Assembly (NCBI GenBank): GCA_030390025.1
Contig: CM059432.1
Span: 132,928,001-132,992,000 of the forward strand
Source: Squalus acanthias
Taxonomy: Eukaryota
Length of the DNA stretch: 64,000 bases
Direction of reading: 5' to 3'
In this document: piece by piece, positions 49,291 to 61,620 of the stretch
Layout of the letters: every line of letters begins with the position of its first letter
How positions within the stretch are numbered: the stretch's first letter is position 1
The notes under the pieces: generated by a model
Database searches by the model: none
What the model was told of the DNA's origin: nothing
What the model saw: only the letters and a program-made list of their open reading frames with translations
Made by a program: the position numbers and the translations under genes

Positions 49291-51039
49291 TATAAATATG
49301 TAAAAAGAAAGAGGTTAGTAAAAACAAACGTAGGTCCCCTGCAGTCGGAAACAGGGGAAGTCGTAATGGGGAACAAGGAAATGGCAGATCAATTGAACAA
49401 GTACTTTGGTTCGGTGTTTACTGTGGAGGACACACACAACCTGCCGGAAATAAAAGGGGTCAGAGGATCTGGTAAGAGGGAGGAGCTGAGGGAAATCCTT
49501 ATTAGTCGGGAAAAGGTATTGGGGAAATTGATGGGACTGAAGGCTGAAAAATCCCCGGGGCCTGATGGTCTGCATCCCAGAGTACTTAAGGAGGTGGCCT
49601 TGGAAATAGTGGATGCATTGACGATCATTTTCCAACATTCCTTAGACTCTGGATCAGTTCCGATGGAGTGGAGGGTGGCCAATGTAACCCCTCTTTTTAA
49701 AAAAGGAGGGAGGGAGAAAGCAGGGAATTATAGACCGGTCAGCCTGACATCAGTTGTGGGTAAAATGATGGAAGCAATTATTAAAGATGTCATAACAGAC
49801 CATTTGGAAAGTGGCGACATGATAGGTCCAAGTCAGCATGGATTTGTGAAAGGGAAATCATGCTTGACAAATCTTCTGGAATTTTTTGAGGATGTTTCCA
49901 CTAGGGTGGACAGGGGGGAACCAGTAGATGTGGTGTATTTGGACTTTCAGAAGGCCTTCGACAAGGTTCCACACAAGAGATTGGTGAGCAAAGTTAAAGC
50001 ACATGGGATTGGGGGTAATGTGTTGACGTGGATTGAGAACTGGTTGGCACACAGGAAACAAAGAGTAGGAGTAAATGGGTACTTTTCAGAATGGCAGGCA
50101 GTGACCAGCGGGGTACCGCAGGGTTCGGTGCTGGGACCCCAGCTGTTTACATTATATATTAATGATTTGGACGAAGGGATTAAATGTAATATCTCCAAAT
50201 TTGCGGATGACACTAAATTGGGAGGCAGTGTGAACAATGAGGAGGATGCTAGGAGGCTACAGAGTGACTTGGACAGGTTGGGTGAATGGGCAAATGTATG
50301 GCAGATGAAGTACAATGTGGATAAATGTGAGGTTATCCACTTTGGTGGTAAAAATAGAGAGGCGGACTATTACCTGAATGGTGGCAGATTAGGGAAAGGG
50401 GAGGTGCAACGAGACCTGGGCATCATGGTACATCAGTCATTGAAGGTGGGAATGCAAGTGCAGCAGGCAGTCAAGAAAGCAAACGGAATGATGGCCTTCA
50501 TAGTAAGGGGATTTGAGTACAGGAGTAGGGAGGTGATGCTGCAGTTGTACAGGGCCTTGGTGAGGCCACACCTGGAGTATTGTGCGCAGTTCTGGTCTCC
50601 TAACTTAAGGAAGGACATTCTTGCTATTGAGGGAGTGCAGCGAAGGTTCACTAGATTGATTCCTGGGATGGCCGGACTGACATATCAAGAAAGATTGGGT
50701 CAACTGAACTTGTATCCTCTGGAGTTCAGAAGAATGAGGGGGGATCTTATAGAGACATTTAAAATCCTGACTGGTTTAGACAAATTAGATGCGGGCAGAA
50801 TGTTCCCAATGGTAGGGAAAACTAGAACCAGGGGTCACAGTCTAAGGATTAAGGGGAAGCCATTTAGGACTGAGCTGAGGAGGAACTTCTTCACCCAGAG
50901 AGTGGTGAATCTATGGAATTCTCTTCCACAGAAGGTTGTTGAGGCCAGTTCGCTAAATATATTCAAAAGGGAGTTAGATATAACACTCACAACTAGGGGG
51001 ATCAAGGGGTATGGCGAGAAAGCAGGAATGGGGTACTGA
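49291..51039 (+). CDS. CR1 ORF2 reverse transcriptase frame, intact but lacking the APE endonuclease domain
   Basis: KSPGPDG, NYRPVSLTS, QHGF, YLDFQKAFDKVPH, GVPQGSVLGP, KFADDTK; no stops or frameshifts; the first 11 codons of the called ORF (49258-49290) come from flanking DNA. Confidence 0.85.
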   Translation, partial: YKYVKRKRLVKTNVGPLQSETGEVVMGNKEMADQLNKYFGSVFTVEDTHNLPEIKGVRGSGKREELREILISREKVLGKLMGLKAEKSPGPDGLHPRVLKEVALEIVDALTIIFQHSLDSGSVPMEWRVANVTPLFKKGGREKAGNYRPVSLTSVVGKMMEAIIKDVITDHLESGDMIGPSQHGFVKGKSCLTNLLEFFEDVSTRVDRGEPVDVVYLDFQKAFDKVPHKRLVSKVKAHGIGGNVLTWIENWLAHRKQRVGVNGYFSEWQAVTSGVPQGSVLGPQLFTLYINDLDEGIKCNISKFADDTKLGGSVNNEEDARRLQSDLDRLGEWANVWQMKYNVDKCEVIHFGGKNREADYYLNGGRLGKGEVQRDLGIMVHQSLKVGMQVQQAVKKANGMMAFIVRGFEYRSREVMLQLYRALVRPHLEYCAQFWSPNLRKDILAIEGVQRRFTRLIPGMAGLTYQERLGQLNLYPLEFRRMRGDLIETFKILTGLDKLDAGRMFPMVGKTRTRGHSLRIKGKPFRTELRRNFFTQRVVNLWNSLPQKVVEASSLNIFKRELDITLTTRGIKGYGEKAGMGY

Positions 51040-51140
51040 GGTAGCATGTTCAGCCATGAACGCATTGAATGGCGGTGCAGGCTCGAAGGACCGAATGGTC
51101 TACTCCTGTACCTATTTTCTATGTTTCTATGTTTCTATGT
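49291..51140 (+). mobile_element. Young 5'-truncated CR1 LINE
   Basis: Uninterrupted ORF2 segment, CR1 3' UTR and (TTTCTATG)n tail ending at 51140. Confidence 0.97.
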
Positions 51141-51611
51141 GTCCTGACCTGCTGGGGAAAAATAACACTTTCTGACCTGACTCGCCACCGACCGTTGACC
51201 CCCCGCAAAATTCCGGCCTATGTAAATTGGTATGCAAGGGCAGATTTAATGAACTTGCACTCCCTGCACAGAGCTTCATGTTGCAGCAACATACATCCAT
51301 TCATCTGCTAATTCTAATGGACAGAACGTCCTGCAGGACACAACGACCCCCGTGTTGAATTCCCATTGTACGCTGCCAGCCCAAAAAGCTCTGTGTGAGG
51401 AATTCACAAAATCTACCCTGTAGTGTAATTCCAGCCATTAACTATTCTTGGTGGAATACGGACTAAAAAGGATTGAGGTAATGGATATAGAAGAACATCA
51501 ACCATACTCCTCAAATGGGATGGATGTACATGGTAATATTTGCATATTGTTAAACACCTTGATTTCAATTATTCACTTTTTATAATAGAGAACCCACATA
51601 GAACCAAATTC

Positions 51612-51702
51612 CATGGGATTAATTGGATAGCTCAACCAAGGAGCTGGCACAGGCACGATGGGCCGAATAGCCTCCTTCTGTGCTGTAACATTCTATGATT
51701 CT
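51612..51702 (+). mobile_element. CR1 3' UTR fragment
   Basis: GAGCTGGCACAGGCACGATGGGCCGAATAGCCTCCTTCTGTGCTGTAACATTCTATGATTCTA. Confidence 0.8.
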
Positions 51703-52807
51703 AAGTATAAAATGTTCTTAAGTTATTCCTAACATAGTAAGTCTGGTTATAGTCAGTCCTCTGGTATAGAAATCTCTCCGGCCCAGCCTGCTGTCTATAG
51801 CTGCATTGTGTTGTGTTAGTACACTACAATTTACTTATTTCTGGGTCAAGGCAGTAATCCTGTTCTAATATGCAATCATAGCTGTCCAGCTTCCTTGAAT
51901 TAAAAGGGAGCCTGAAAGGGGTTCATAATTTGGAAACCAGTGGTTCTTTTCGCAAAGTGACCTTTCACCCCCACACACCAAGGTTGTGGGACTGAGGAAG
52001 AGCTTGATGTGCTGTAATGTTGGGAATTGTTGAATAATCAACTTCTGACCTACAAAGTGCTGTCAGATCCAATTTTCTGAAGAAAATTGTGTTATTGTTC
52101 AAGTTACGCAGCTTCAAGATGCTTTATCTTACACTGGGATAACAGCATTTACTTTTGGTTTCCTTGCTGTATGGAATGGAAAGAGTCTACCATTGCCAGG
52201 CCAGTACCATAGCAAAATCCAAAATGGCATTCTTTCTGTATGAAACGATCTGGTAGGGTGGCTGGTTAAAAATCCTGCATAATCCCATGCGATTCTTGTA
52301 TAAATGCTTGAAATAAAGTCATGGGGGACCTTGTATTTTATAAGGTTTTATAAAGTCTAATATGATCCTAAATGAGAATTTTCAAAATTCTACGGAATTT
52401 CTTTCTGGTTCTTCATTGATTATCATTTACTTTTACATCATCTACCTTGAAATGATTGAATCCGAGAGTGCAATTACAGGGGTTCCAATGACATGATAGA
52501 TGATGAGAGTGAAGTTTGAGTCTTTTGTAGCCAAACGCCAAGCAGATGCCCCGTGGTGTTGCTCACGGTAACGCTGAGGGTTTGCTGTTTCTACGTACAT
52601 ACGAACATACAAACTTTACGGGCAGGAAAAAAACAGCTGGTCCATCAAGCCTGCCCCACACCATGATGGCTGGAGCATCATGACTGGACACTTCCTTAAC
52701 CGTCCCCATCGCCCCCGCCTTCCCCCCCCCCTCCCCGCCCACAACCATGTAATCTCCTGGGAGAGAAAAAAATAGAGAAGAAACCTGGGGCCAATAAGAA
52801 AAAAAGA

Positions 52808-53270
52808 AAGACTTGTATTTATGTAGCATCTTTCACAACCACCAGACATCCCAAAGCGCTTTACAGCCAATGAAGTACTTTTTGAAGTGTAGTCACTGTT
52901 GTAATGTAGGAAACGGGGCAGCCAATTTGCGCACAGCAAGCTCCCACAAACAGCAATGCAATAATAACCAGATAATCTGTTTTAGTGATGTTGATTGAGG
53001 GATAAGTATTGGCTAGGACGCCAGGGATAACTCCCCTGCTCTTTTTCGAAATAGTGCCATGGGATCTTTTATGTCCACCTGAGAGAGCAGACAGGGCCTC
53101 GGTTTAATGTCGCATCTGAAAGACGGCACCTCCGACACCGCAGCACTCCCTCAGCACTGCACTGGAGTGTCAGCCTAGATTTTTGTGCTCAAGTCTCTGG
53201 AGTGGGACTTGAACCCACAACCTTCTGACTCAGAGACGAGAGTGCTACCCACTGAGCCATGGCTGACACT
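52808..53270 (-). mobile_element. Full-length DeuSINE (SacSINE1-like)
   Basis: Minus-strand A box TGGCTCAGTGG and B box GGTTCAAGTCC, central conserved domain, L2-like tail; family name from recall. Confidence 0.88.
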
Positions 53271-53984
53271 ATAAAGGAAACATTACTCTGGAAAATTCCT
53301 CTTCGGCAGTGACTCGACAATTGACCTTAGGCAGCCATGCCAGCCAGGGAGCTCCCGACTGATAGCATGAACCCCCCCCCGCTAGAAGGTGCAAGTGTGT
53401 GGGCGTTGAGCTCGAATGGGATGCAGAATGTGGTCAGGTCATGCTCAATTGTTTAGGGTCACGAGTGAAGAATGGTTGCTTTACTGAGGTATCGGATGGC
53501 TGCTGGCCCCCTGTTCAACTGTACCCCCAGCCTCAATCACTGCCTTCAGGAGCAGACGGGAGAAAAGGAGAATTAAAAATAATCCATTCACAAAAAACAT
53601 CCATTTCAAGAAATTCCGTCAAATTGAAATCATTACGCTCATCATCATTATCTCAACTGTGCTGATATATGAAGCCTACACAGTGAGATGTGGAACCCCC
53701 ATTATTAGCAGAAGATTGAATACATTCAGAGACCAGGTTATATACCACCTGCTCATATCAAGACATCAACTTCGAACCAGTCAGCTGGTCCATGAGGCAA
53801 ATTGTGAAATTAGTTTACTGCCACCTCTCTCTGCTGACTTCATGATGCTTATTTGATAACAAAATGGAGCGTCAATGAACAGCTCATACTGAAACCTGAA
53901 AACAACTGACTGGGCAGTATAGTAGAGATTCTAATTGGTTCATATATTGCTGACTGCCAAATCTGATGGTCCAATTTCTCGGAC

Positions 53985-54320
53985 AGCTGGTGCTGGTAAT
54001 GATTCTGCTGTTAACATTTACACCTCCTCTGGGCCCATCTTTTGTTTCTTTACTTGTCCCATTACCACCCCCTTTTGCCTCGCACCATCATCCCTTTTGT
54101 TATTTAATCTCTCCTGCCTTCCACCCTATCACAGCCCTTCCCTTTTGTTCTTTCCTCCCCTACCCCCTTTCCCTGCCTCTGTACTTGCTTAAAACCTGTT
54201 ACATCTGTAACATTTTCCAGTTCAGAAAGGTCATCGACCTGAAACGTTAACTCTGTTTCTCTCTCCACAGATGCTGCCTGACGTGCTGAGTATCTCCAGC
54301 ATTTTCTGTTTTTATTTCTG
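53985..54320 (+). mobile_element. Penelope 3' UTR and terminal repeat fragment (hammerhead core damaged)
   Basis: Homolog of 36763-37090; CTGACGA core reduced to CAGA at ~54223. Confidence 0.88.
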
Positions 54321-55172
54321 CTGATCAATAACTTGTTGTTATACGTTTCTCTACAATGATTTTCATAATTTTATTATTCTTAAATAATGGTTGATATTTT
54401 CAGAAGCATCTTTGGCTTTAGGAGAAGTAATACCTGATTATGAAAAGGATTGAAGGTTACAGGGATAAGCACAGACACCATTCATCAAATACTCTATAGA
54501 AACAAGAACCTGGCGGCGCTGCCCCTGACATGAATAAGCTGATCGCGCCCAGAAAGGTATGGCCAGCTTTCCTTGGCAGGCATGGTGCGTTGCTCGTGAT
54601 GTACTGGGTGGGGGGCGGGGGGGCCTGCATTTCGGGTGTTAGCCATTGCAGAGTTGCTGGCAATGTTTCCTGGTGGTGGAGGTGGCACAAGGTAGGGAAG
54701 GGGAAGGAAGTGGGGGGGTGGGGGCGGTGGAAGAATACGGGCGGTGCAAATGGAATGCAGAATACTATTCACAATGACTCGATAATGTTAACGTAATGTT
54801 AGACTGGCATTCGTGAGTTTTTTTCTGAATTCATTTCAGGAATGAGAGAAACGTTTCCCAGCTTGTTTTCGCCTCTTAGAGGTGTTTCTCAAATTTGGGC
54901 AAGGTTCAAGACTGTGCTATTTGCACATGACCTATTAGGCTCAATATCTTGTAATATTCTACTGATACTGCTGCTGCCAAGTTGCAGCCTCTAACACACG
55001 TACCGAAAAATTGCTAAGTCATTGGCAATGATGCTCTTTTGTAATAAAGCTCCTTTCCACTATACATGAACAATGGTAAGGGTTTGCTACTTTTGGTTAA
55101 ATCTCAAATATGTTTTTTTTTATGCTTCAGTGTAATCTGAAATTTTATTTCAGTGCTGAAAGTAAACTTCAG

Positions 55173-55765
55173 GGAGTCGATTTTTAACTGGCCGGAATCG
55201 GTGTTCACGGGGCGGTAATGGCCTCAATATGGCGACAGTAGACTTACCGTCCCGTTAACTTCAGCGCTCTTCCCACTGCCACCTTTTACAGGGCGGCTGA
55301 AGCTCCTGCCTGTCTCATGCGGTAGGTCCCTTTTAATAGGCAAATCAGGGTCCTATGACGTACATGGGACCCCGATTGCCGTTGTAGGACAGAACTGGCC
55401 AGAACCTGCCTCGCGCAATCTCCGACCTGTTTCAATGGCGATAGAGGCCAAAGAGGGCTCAACAAGGAAAGTTTGACATTTATTTTTGTGAGGCCAGGAG
55501 GAGCTGGCTGCTACCTCAAGCACCCCGACCCCCTCCGCAATAATGCGCTCATTCCCACCCACCCCCGCACTCACACCGACCTACCTTGGCTGTTGGCCAG
55601 GCGACTTCAGGGCTGCCCGACATTGTGTCGGCCTGAATCTGGCAAGTTCTGTCGGGATACCCGTTTGGCGTTCCGATGATCATCGGCTCTATTTAAATGG
55701 CTTCGGCCTTCTTGCTGCTGGCCCGCTCCACCAGTCAGTCCCCCCCAAAGTTTAAAATCGACCGC
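55173..55765. mobile_element. Harbinger-type MITE
   Basis: Ends GGAGTCGATTTT / AAAATCGACCGC with TSD CAG. Confidence 0.78.
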
Positions 55766-55839
55766 CAGGACTCCGAGAATCACAATCTTCTCTCTAGTAT
55801 TTACTTCAGAAAGTGATTCAACCACTCTCCCACAGCTTA

Positions 55840-56110
55840 GATGTTAAACGCATCGGATAGACAAAAATAGATCCCCTGGTGCCATTTGAAGAAGAGTAGG
55901 AAGTTCTAGTGCCTTAGCCAATATGTGTCCCTTAACCAAAATTGATTAACCGGCCATTTGGGTCATTGCTGTTTGTGGAACTTTGTGTGCTAATTGTCTG
56001 TCGCCTTTCCCTACCTAACAACAGTGACTATCAATCAAAACAAAAAGTAATTAATTGGCTGTGAAATCCTAAGGATGAGAAAGGAGCTATTGTGAATGCA
56101 AGTTCTTTCT
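55840..56110 (+). mobile_element. Decayed DeuSINE 3' half
   Basis: CATTGCTGTTTGTGGAAC...ACAACAGTGACTA...ATTGGCTGTGAA...AATGCAAGTTCTTTC. Confidence 0.65.
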
Positions 56111-58494
56111 TATCAATATACTACATGATGGGCGTCTATCTCAACACTGCTATACTGGGATAAGTTTAATGGGCTGAATGTTGTCTTCTTCCAGGTTTTC
56201 CTTTGCATTTAACTCACTTTGTTGGTCTGGCTTTGAGGCACTTTTTCAGCCTGCCTTCTTATTCACTTAACGCCTGTGGGCTTCCTGATTTATTATATCA
56301 AGTGCCACTCCTAAGAGTTGTCAATTCTTGCTCATTAGGGATAACACTCATTTACTACTTGTCATTCCTAGAAACCAGCACTGCAACATTTGTTTAAATG
56401 GATTTGCAATCTGTTTTACTCTTTGTGATCATAAATATCACTTCTACCATTTCCTCAATGTTGACAGCTGTGCATTCTGGCTTATTTTCTAATAAAATGC
56501 TGCTTCCCCCGTCATATAACTTATACCAAATGTGTAGCATGCAGAAAATAAAACATGTAAAAGCTTCTGTTCCTATTCAGACAAACCAGGTGTTACACTA
56601 ACTAGATAGTAAAAAAATGCCTCACCGATCCAAAAATGCCTAACTGCTTTCCATTATAATAATTATATTGCACTGTTTCCTTCAGAGCATGTTTTGATTG
56701 ATTAAGTTTTCTCTTTCATCAAGTCTAAGACACCGATATTGCCTTTTGCAATGGAAAGTTCCTGGCTGTTCAGCAGTCATCAGAACACCTGATATGTCAG
56801 GTCTCGTGGTGATGAGTCTGATACAGTGATGATGGGTTTATTGCTCCAGTTCTGTTCCCAGCGCCCGATGAATTCTTCACAAATTATACCAACAGCTTTC
56901 TGTTGCTGCCTGAGATCGAGCTAGCAAAATAAAGATGACCTGTTTGTGCTCGGGCTCCCAAATGGGGCTTCAATGTATTACCTGGATCTAATTATCTCAT
57001 CTCCGTTTGACAGAGAAGTTTCTTTGGAATGTTCTCCATCATTGGAAACCTCACCCATGCCTACAATGCTCTAAATTGTTTAAAAACACAAGGGAGATTA
57101 GGTTGTGCATTCAATATTCTGGGCTGTCTGATGGTTTGATGTATTTTTGGGTCTCTTGCACATTGGATGAACAAGTTAGAGCAAATCTTGTATTGACCTC
57201 AAAGCCTTTATGAGCTGTTCAAACATAATATCCTCATCAGAGCCACGTGGGGAGTACCACTAAAGTGCCTCTGCTCTGTAACATCGTTTTGAATGTGCAC
57301 GAACTCAAGGATGTTATTGCCTAGCAACAAGGCATCATTTATGGCACATGCCATTTCCTTTTATTGAAGAAAACTCTTTGAGTGAAAACTCGAGGCACGT
57401 AGGTCCGTTCCTGTGCAGACACAGCCTCCACTGTTATTGTTAACTTTGGTTGTGAAGGGTTCTGCGTATAAACTGACAGCTACCGTGATGAGTCTGCGAA
57501 AATGTGGCATTTGTTAATCTGGATCTTGTTAACACAGCTGCCTCAAATTCCAGTCCACGAAGTGGAAAAACAAACCAGCAAAAATTTGAATCGGCCTTGA
57601 TAAACTCAAGTTGTTCCACATTTCCATTTTGATGGTTAAGTTTCTCCCCAGCGATAGTGTACTCGTTTGAGCGATACTTTCCACGGCTGTCCATACGAGT
57701 GTTGTAACACTCTCTTCACAAAAACTTGCTTTGGAGCTGTGTACATTGAAGCTTCAATGCTTTTTGGATCCTTGTACACGCAACGCCAGAGGGGAGTGAA
57801 AATTTGTGGACTGTAGCATGAGCGGGACTGGAGGAACAGGAATTGAAGTTGGAACCCCTAAAAAAGGACAAACGTTGAACTGGGCGGGTGAGGTGCAAAG
57901 CCACGTTAAACAAATGAAACTTCAAAGCAGCTTTGGCAATCAAGTCAGATTATTTCTCCCCCAGCCCACAGAACCGAACAACATATCTGTTTTAAAAAAA
58001 AGGGAAGAAAATGTTGAAGCGTTTCAATTTTCTCATAAATAATTCTATGTAATAATGGCTTTGAATAATTTTTCAATTGGAATTGCCTGGAACCTAATTA
58101 CAAAATAGGCCCTACCCAGTACTGCACCTAGATGGGCGTCTGAATTGCGAAAGAAAATAATGTTCTTTAATGCACTTTGCTTGATTGAGAAACTGGGTTA
58201 CCAATGAAATTAAATCAAAACCCTTAAATATATTTCTCAGAAAATCAAGACCATCCCATACACCACACCCTCTCCATCTTTGTTTACTTATTTGGCCCCC
58301 AGAAACGATAGAATGAATCATGTCTTGGAAATATGTTTCTGTCTCATCATTGACCGTGTAAGAAGTATTTCCCACCGACTGCAAGCCTCTCGTGCTCTAA
58401 GCTTATTTTGCTTTGCGGTATTCCTGCATTTTTAAAGCTACCGTCCTCATAATAGGAGGCAACCTCAGTCATTGTTACACAACGCTAAATGTTA

Positions 58495-59360
58495 GAACAT
58501 AAGAGCATAAGAATATAAGAAATAGGAGAAGGAGTAGGTCATTCGGCCCTTCGAGCCTGCTCCGCCATTCAATGAGATCATGGCTGATCTGCCTCAACTC
58601 CATTCACCGGCCCTATCGCCATATCCCTTGATGTCCTTACTAGTCAGAAATCTATTGACTTCTGTTTTGAATATACCCAATGACTGAACCTCCACAGCCC
58701 TCTGGGGTAGAGAATTCCAAAGATTCACCACCCTCTGTGTGAAGAAATTTCTTCTCATCTCAGTCCTGAATGGCCTACCCTTTATCCTGAGGCTGTGGCC
58801 CCTGGTTCTAGACTCCCCAGCCAAGGGAAACATTCTCCCAGCATCCACCCTATCAAGCCCTGTAATAATTTTGTATGCTTCAATGAGATCCCCTCTCATT
58901 CTTCTGAATTCAAGAGAATACAGCCCCTAGTTTACTCAATCTCTTCTCATACGACAGTCCCGCCATCCCAGGAATCAATCTCGTGAACCTTCGTTGCACT
59001 CCCTCTATGGCGAGTATATCCTTCCTTAGGTAAGGAGACCAAAATTGTACACAGTACTCCAGGTGTGGTCTCACCGAGGCCCTATATAATTGGAGTAAGA
59101 CTTCTTTACTCCTGTACTCAAATCCTCTTGTAATGAAGGCCAGCATACCATTTGCCTTCCTAATGGCTTGCTGCACCTGTACATTCACTTTCAGTGACTC
59201 ATGTACAAGGACACCCAGGTCCCTTTGAGCATCTGCATTTCCCAATCTTTCATCATTTAGGAAATACTCTGCCTTTCTGTTTTTTCTACCAAAGTGGATA
59301 ACTTCAAATTTATCCACATTATATTCCATCTGCCATGTTCTCGGCCACTCACTGAGCCTG
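58495..59360 (-). mobile_element. CR1 LINE 3' fragment
   Basis: ORFs 58910..59329 and 58594..58899; (TTCTTATG)n-type tail. Confidence 0.95.
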
Positions 59361-59459
59361 TACCACGAGACAATACCATGCTCTGCAGCTTTTTCATGTT
59401 GCCAGAGCCAAATAGTATTTTCTGTTCACCTTTTATTTGTGATTGCGTTACATAGTTAC

Positions 59460-59645
59460 ACAGTATTAGTGCCAATGGATCTTCAATGTCCATCTGAACA
59501 TGTAACCAGGACCTCAGTTTAATGTCTGAGCTAAAGCATAGCACCTTTGGACAGTGGAGTACTACCTCAGTGATGCACTGGTGCGTCAGCCTGGAAAACC
59601 ATAACCTAGAGAGTCAACTGCTATCAACTGAGCCAAGCTGGTGCT
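59460..59645 (-). mobile_element. Decayed DeuSINE 5' half
   Basis: Weak colinearity with 53050-53270. Confidence 0.55.
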
Positions 59646-60137
59646 TGTAAATTGGACAGTAAATCCGAGCACATCACCATGAGCAATAACAAGCTGAAGG
59701 TACCTGCATATTGGTGGTTTTAACCATACTATTGATTCTGTGCTATATCTGATATGTTAAATAAACAGGACAGGCTTAAATAGTATTTAGCCAATTTGAG
59801 ATGAATCTCACCAGAATCTAATTACATGCTATTAATGAGAAAATGTGTAATTTAGCATAACTGGGATAGTTTGATACGAGATGAAGCCGAATGCTAAGGT
59901 GCACTTTGGTGTTGAAATCCACAAGAAATACACCTTGAATGCAGAATTAAACGAGTTCTCAAGTAATTCAAAATCTCAGTTCATTCCAATTTGGATTTTT
60001 TTTAAACCATCAAGGTGGAGAGTTGAATACTTTCTATTTTGGATATTGCCTGTCAGCATCAAGCACTTCTAGGTCAGGCAGAGGATGGTTAGGTATTTGA
60101 TAGGATATGTAAAATATCATGGCATGAGATACTTCCT

Positions 60138-60649
60138 AGACACTCGGATCAGCCAGATACTGGGATCAGCCTGACGCTGGGATCAGCCAGATACTAGGAT
60201 CAGCCAGATACTAGGATCAGCCAGATACTAGGATTAGCCAGGCGCTGGGATCAGCCAGACGCTGGGATCAGCCAGACGCTGGGATCAGCCAGACGCTGGG
60301 ATCAGCCAGACGCTGGGATCAGCCAGGCGCTGGGATCAGTCAGACGTTGGGATCAGTCAGACGCTGGGATCAGCCAGGCGCTGGGATCAGTCAGACGCTG
60401 GGATCAGCCAGACACTGGGATCAGCCAGACGCTGGGATCAGCCAGATGCTGGGATCAGCCAGGCACTGGGATCAGCCAGACACTGGGATCAGCCAGGTGC
60501 TGGGATCAGCCAGACGCTGGGATCAGCCAGACACTGGGATCAGCCAGACACTGGGATCAGTCAGGTGCTGGGATCAGCCAGACGCTGGGATCAACCAGAC
60601 ACTGGGATCAGCCAGACACTGGGATCAGCCAGACACTGGGATCAGCCAG
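60138..60649. repeat. 17-bp minisatellite, ~30 copies
   Basis: Unit CTGGGATCAGCCAGAC(G/A) repeated head-to-tail with variant units. Confidence 0.97.
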
Positions 60650-60811
60650 CCAGATGGACTGCAATGATCTTTTTGGTTCTCCATTCCTCTGATGCAGAGT
60701 AAAAGCACCTTTGCTTCGCCCCCAGCAAAGTGCCTCCTGTATCACGGTGGCAATTTTCCATTTTCCTTCGCAGCTATGCCGTGACATCTCTCGGTGAGAT
60801 TCATGCTGAAT

Positions 60812-61042
60812 TGGGGCAGTTTTTTTTTCTACGGGCCATAACCGTAAAGAATGGGATTGAGACTGCCAAAAACTCATTTTACATGGCGCGTTTACAGATA
60901 TCAGACAGCAAGATAATGGTCATCCCAACAGTCTGGGATAGATTTGGAATGGGCGGAAAACTAGGGGTAATTTGGTGCCTCCCGTTTCCATGTAATGTTG
61001 GCCCTGCTACCGTTTTTAGGCACAAACATAAAAGCTGCCCCC
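60812..61042. mobile_element. Short old Harbinger-type MITE
   Basis: Ends GGGGCAGTTTT / AAAAGCTGCCCC; flanks AAT/TAT. Confidence 0.55.
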
Positions 61043-61620
61043 TATGTGTCCATGTCTCTGAGCAGCCAAAGGAGGATCTCCTCTCTGCTGCAAATTGCTT
61101 CATTATTTTTTTCTTCTTCATGAACTTTGGATTCAGATTCAGATCATTTGAGTTTTCTGCAATAGCCAAAGTCTTACTGAACGCTTTGTGAGCAGCTATT
61201 GGATCTCCATATGGTTCTGGTCATGATGAGTCGGAGGAAACACTGTTCTGCAACAACAGTGAAGTTAGACCATGTAACATACAATGTCTTACCTGCCTTT
61301 TACAGTTAAAGAAAAGTTGTCAGAGTTTCCATTACATTCCAGATGTCACATTTTGTATAAAACACTAACAAATTACAACAGTAAACTCTTAAAAAGAGTG
61401 AGAGCAAATAATCCTGCTGCTTTGTTGCTCACTTAGAAATAACCTGGAAAAGTTGTCGAGGTAACAAGGAGCGAAGCCAAACAGCTGCTGATCTAAAGAC
61501 ACTTCAACAATGACAATAATTAATCTATAATTGCCCTCAGGACAACTCTGTTCCAGGAATTACCTGCGCAGTGGCCTTAAAGGGGACAGGTTAGTGGCTA
61601 AATATTCCAATTGTGCTCCA

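Larger units (their letters stand above)
47383..51218. mobile_element. Internally deleted PIF/Harbinger transposon carrying nested insertions
   Basis: Ends GGTCGCGATTTTGC / GCAAAATTCCGGCC (11/14), flanks AAT/TAT; contains a Myb/SANT-like frame; subterminal sequence resembles family A MITEs. Confidence 0.75.

Noticed and set aside
53195-53270. tRNA gene
   Set aside because: The A and B boxes belong to a SINE head that continues into the SINE body; no complete cloverleaf
54211-54255. Third intact hammerhead
   Set aside because: The CUGAnGA core is partly deleted, so it is predicted inactive; used only as stem evidence
60138-60667. CRISPR-like array, or repeat-protein ORF 60347..60667
   Set aside because: Units are contiguous with no unique spacers and there are no cas genes in this eukaryotic context; the ORF is a by-product of the 17-bp period
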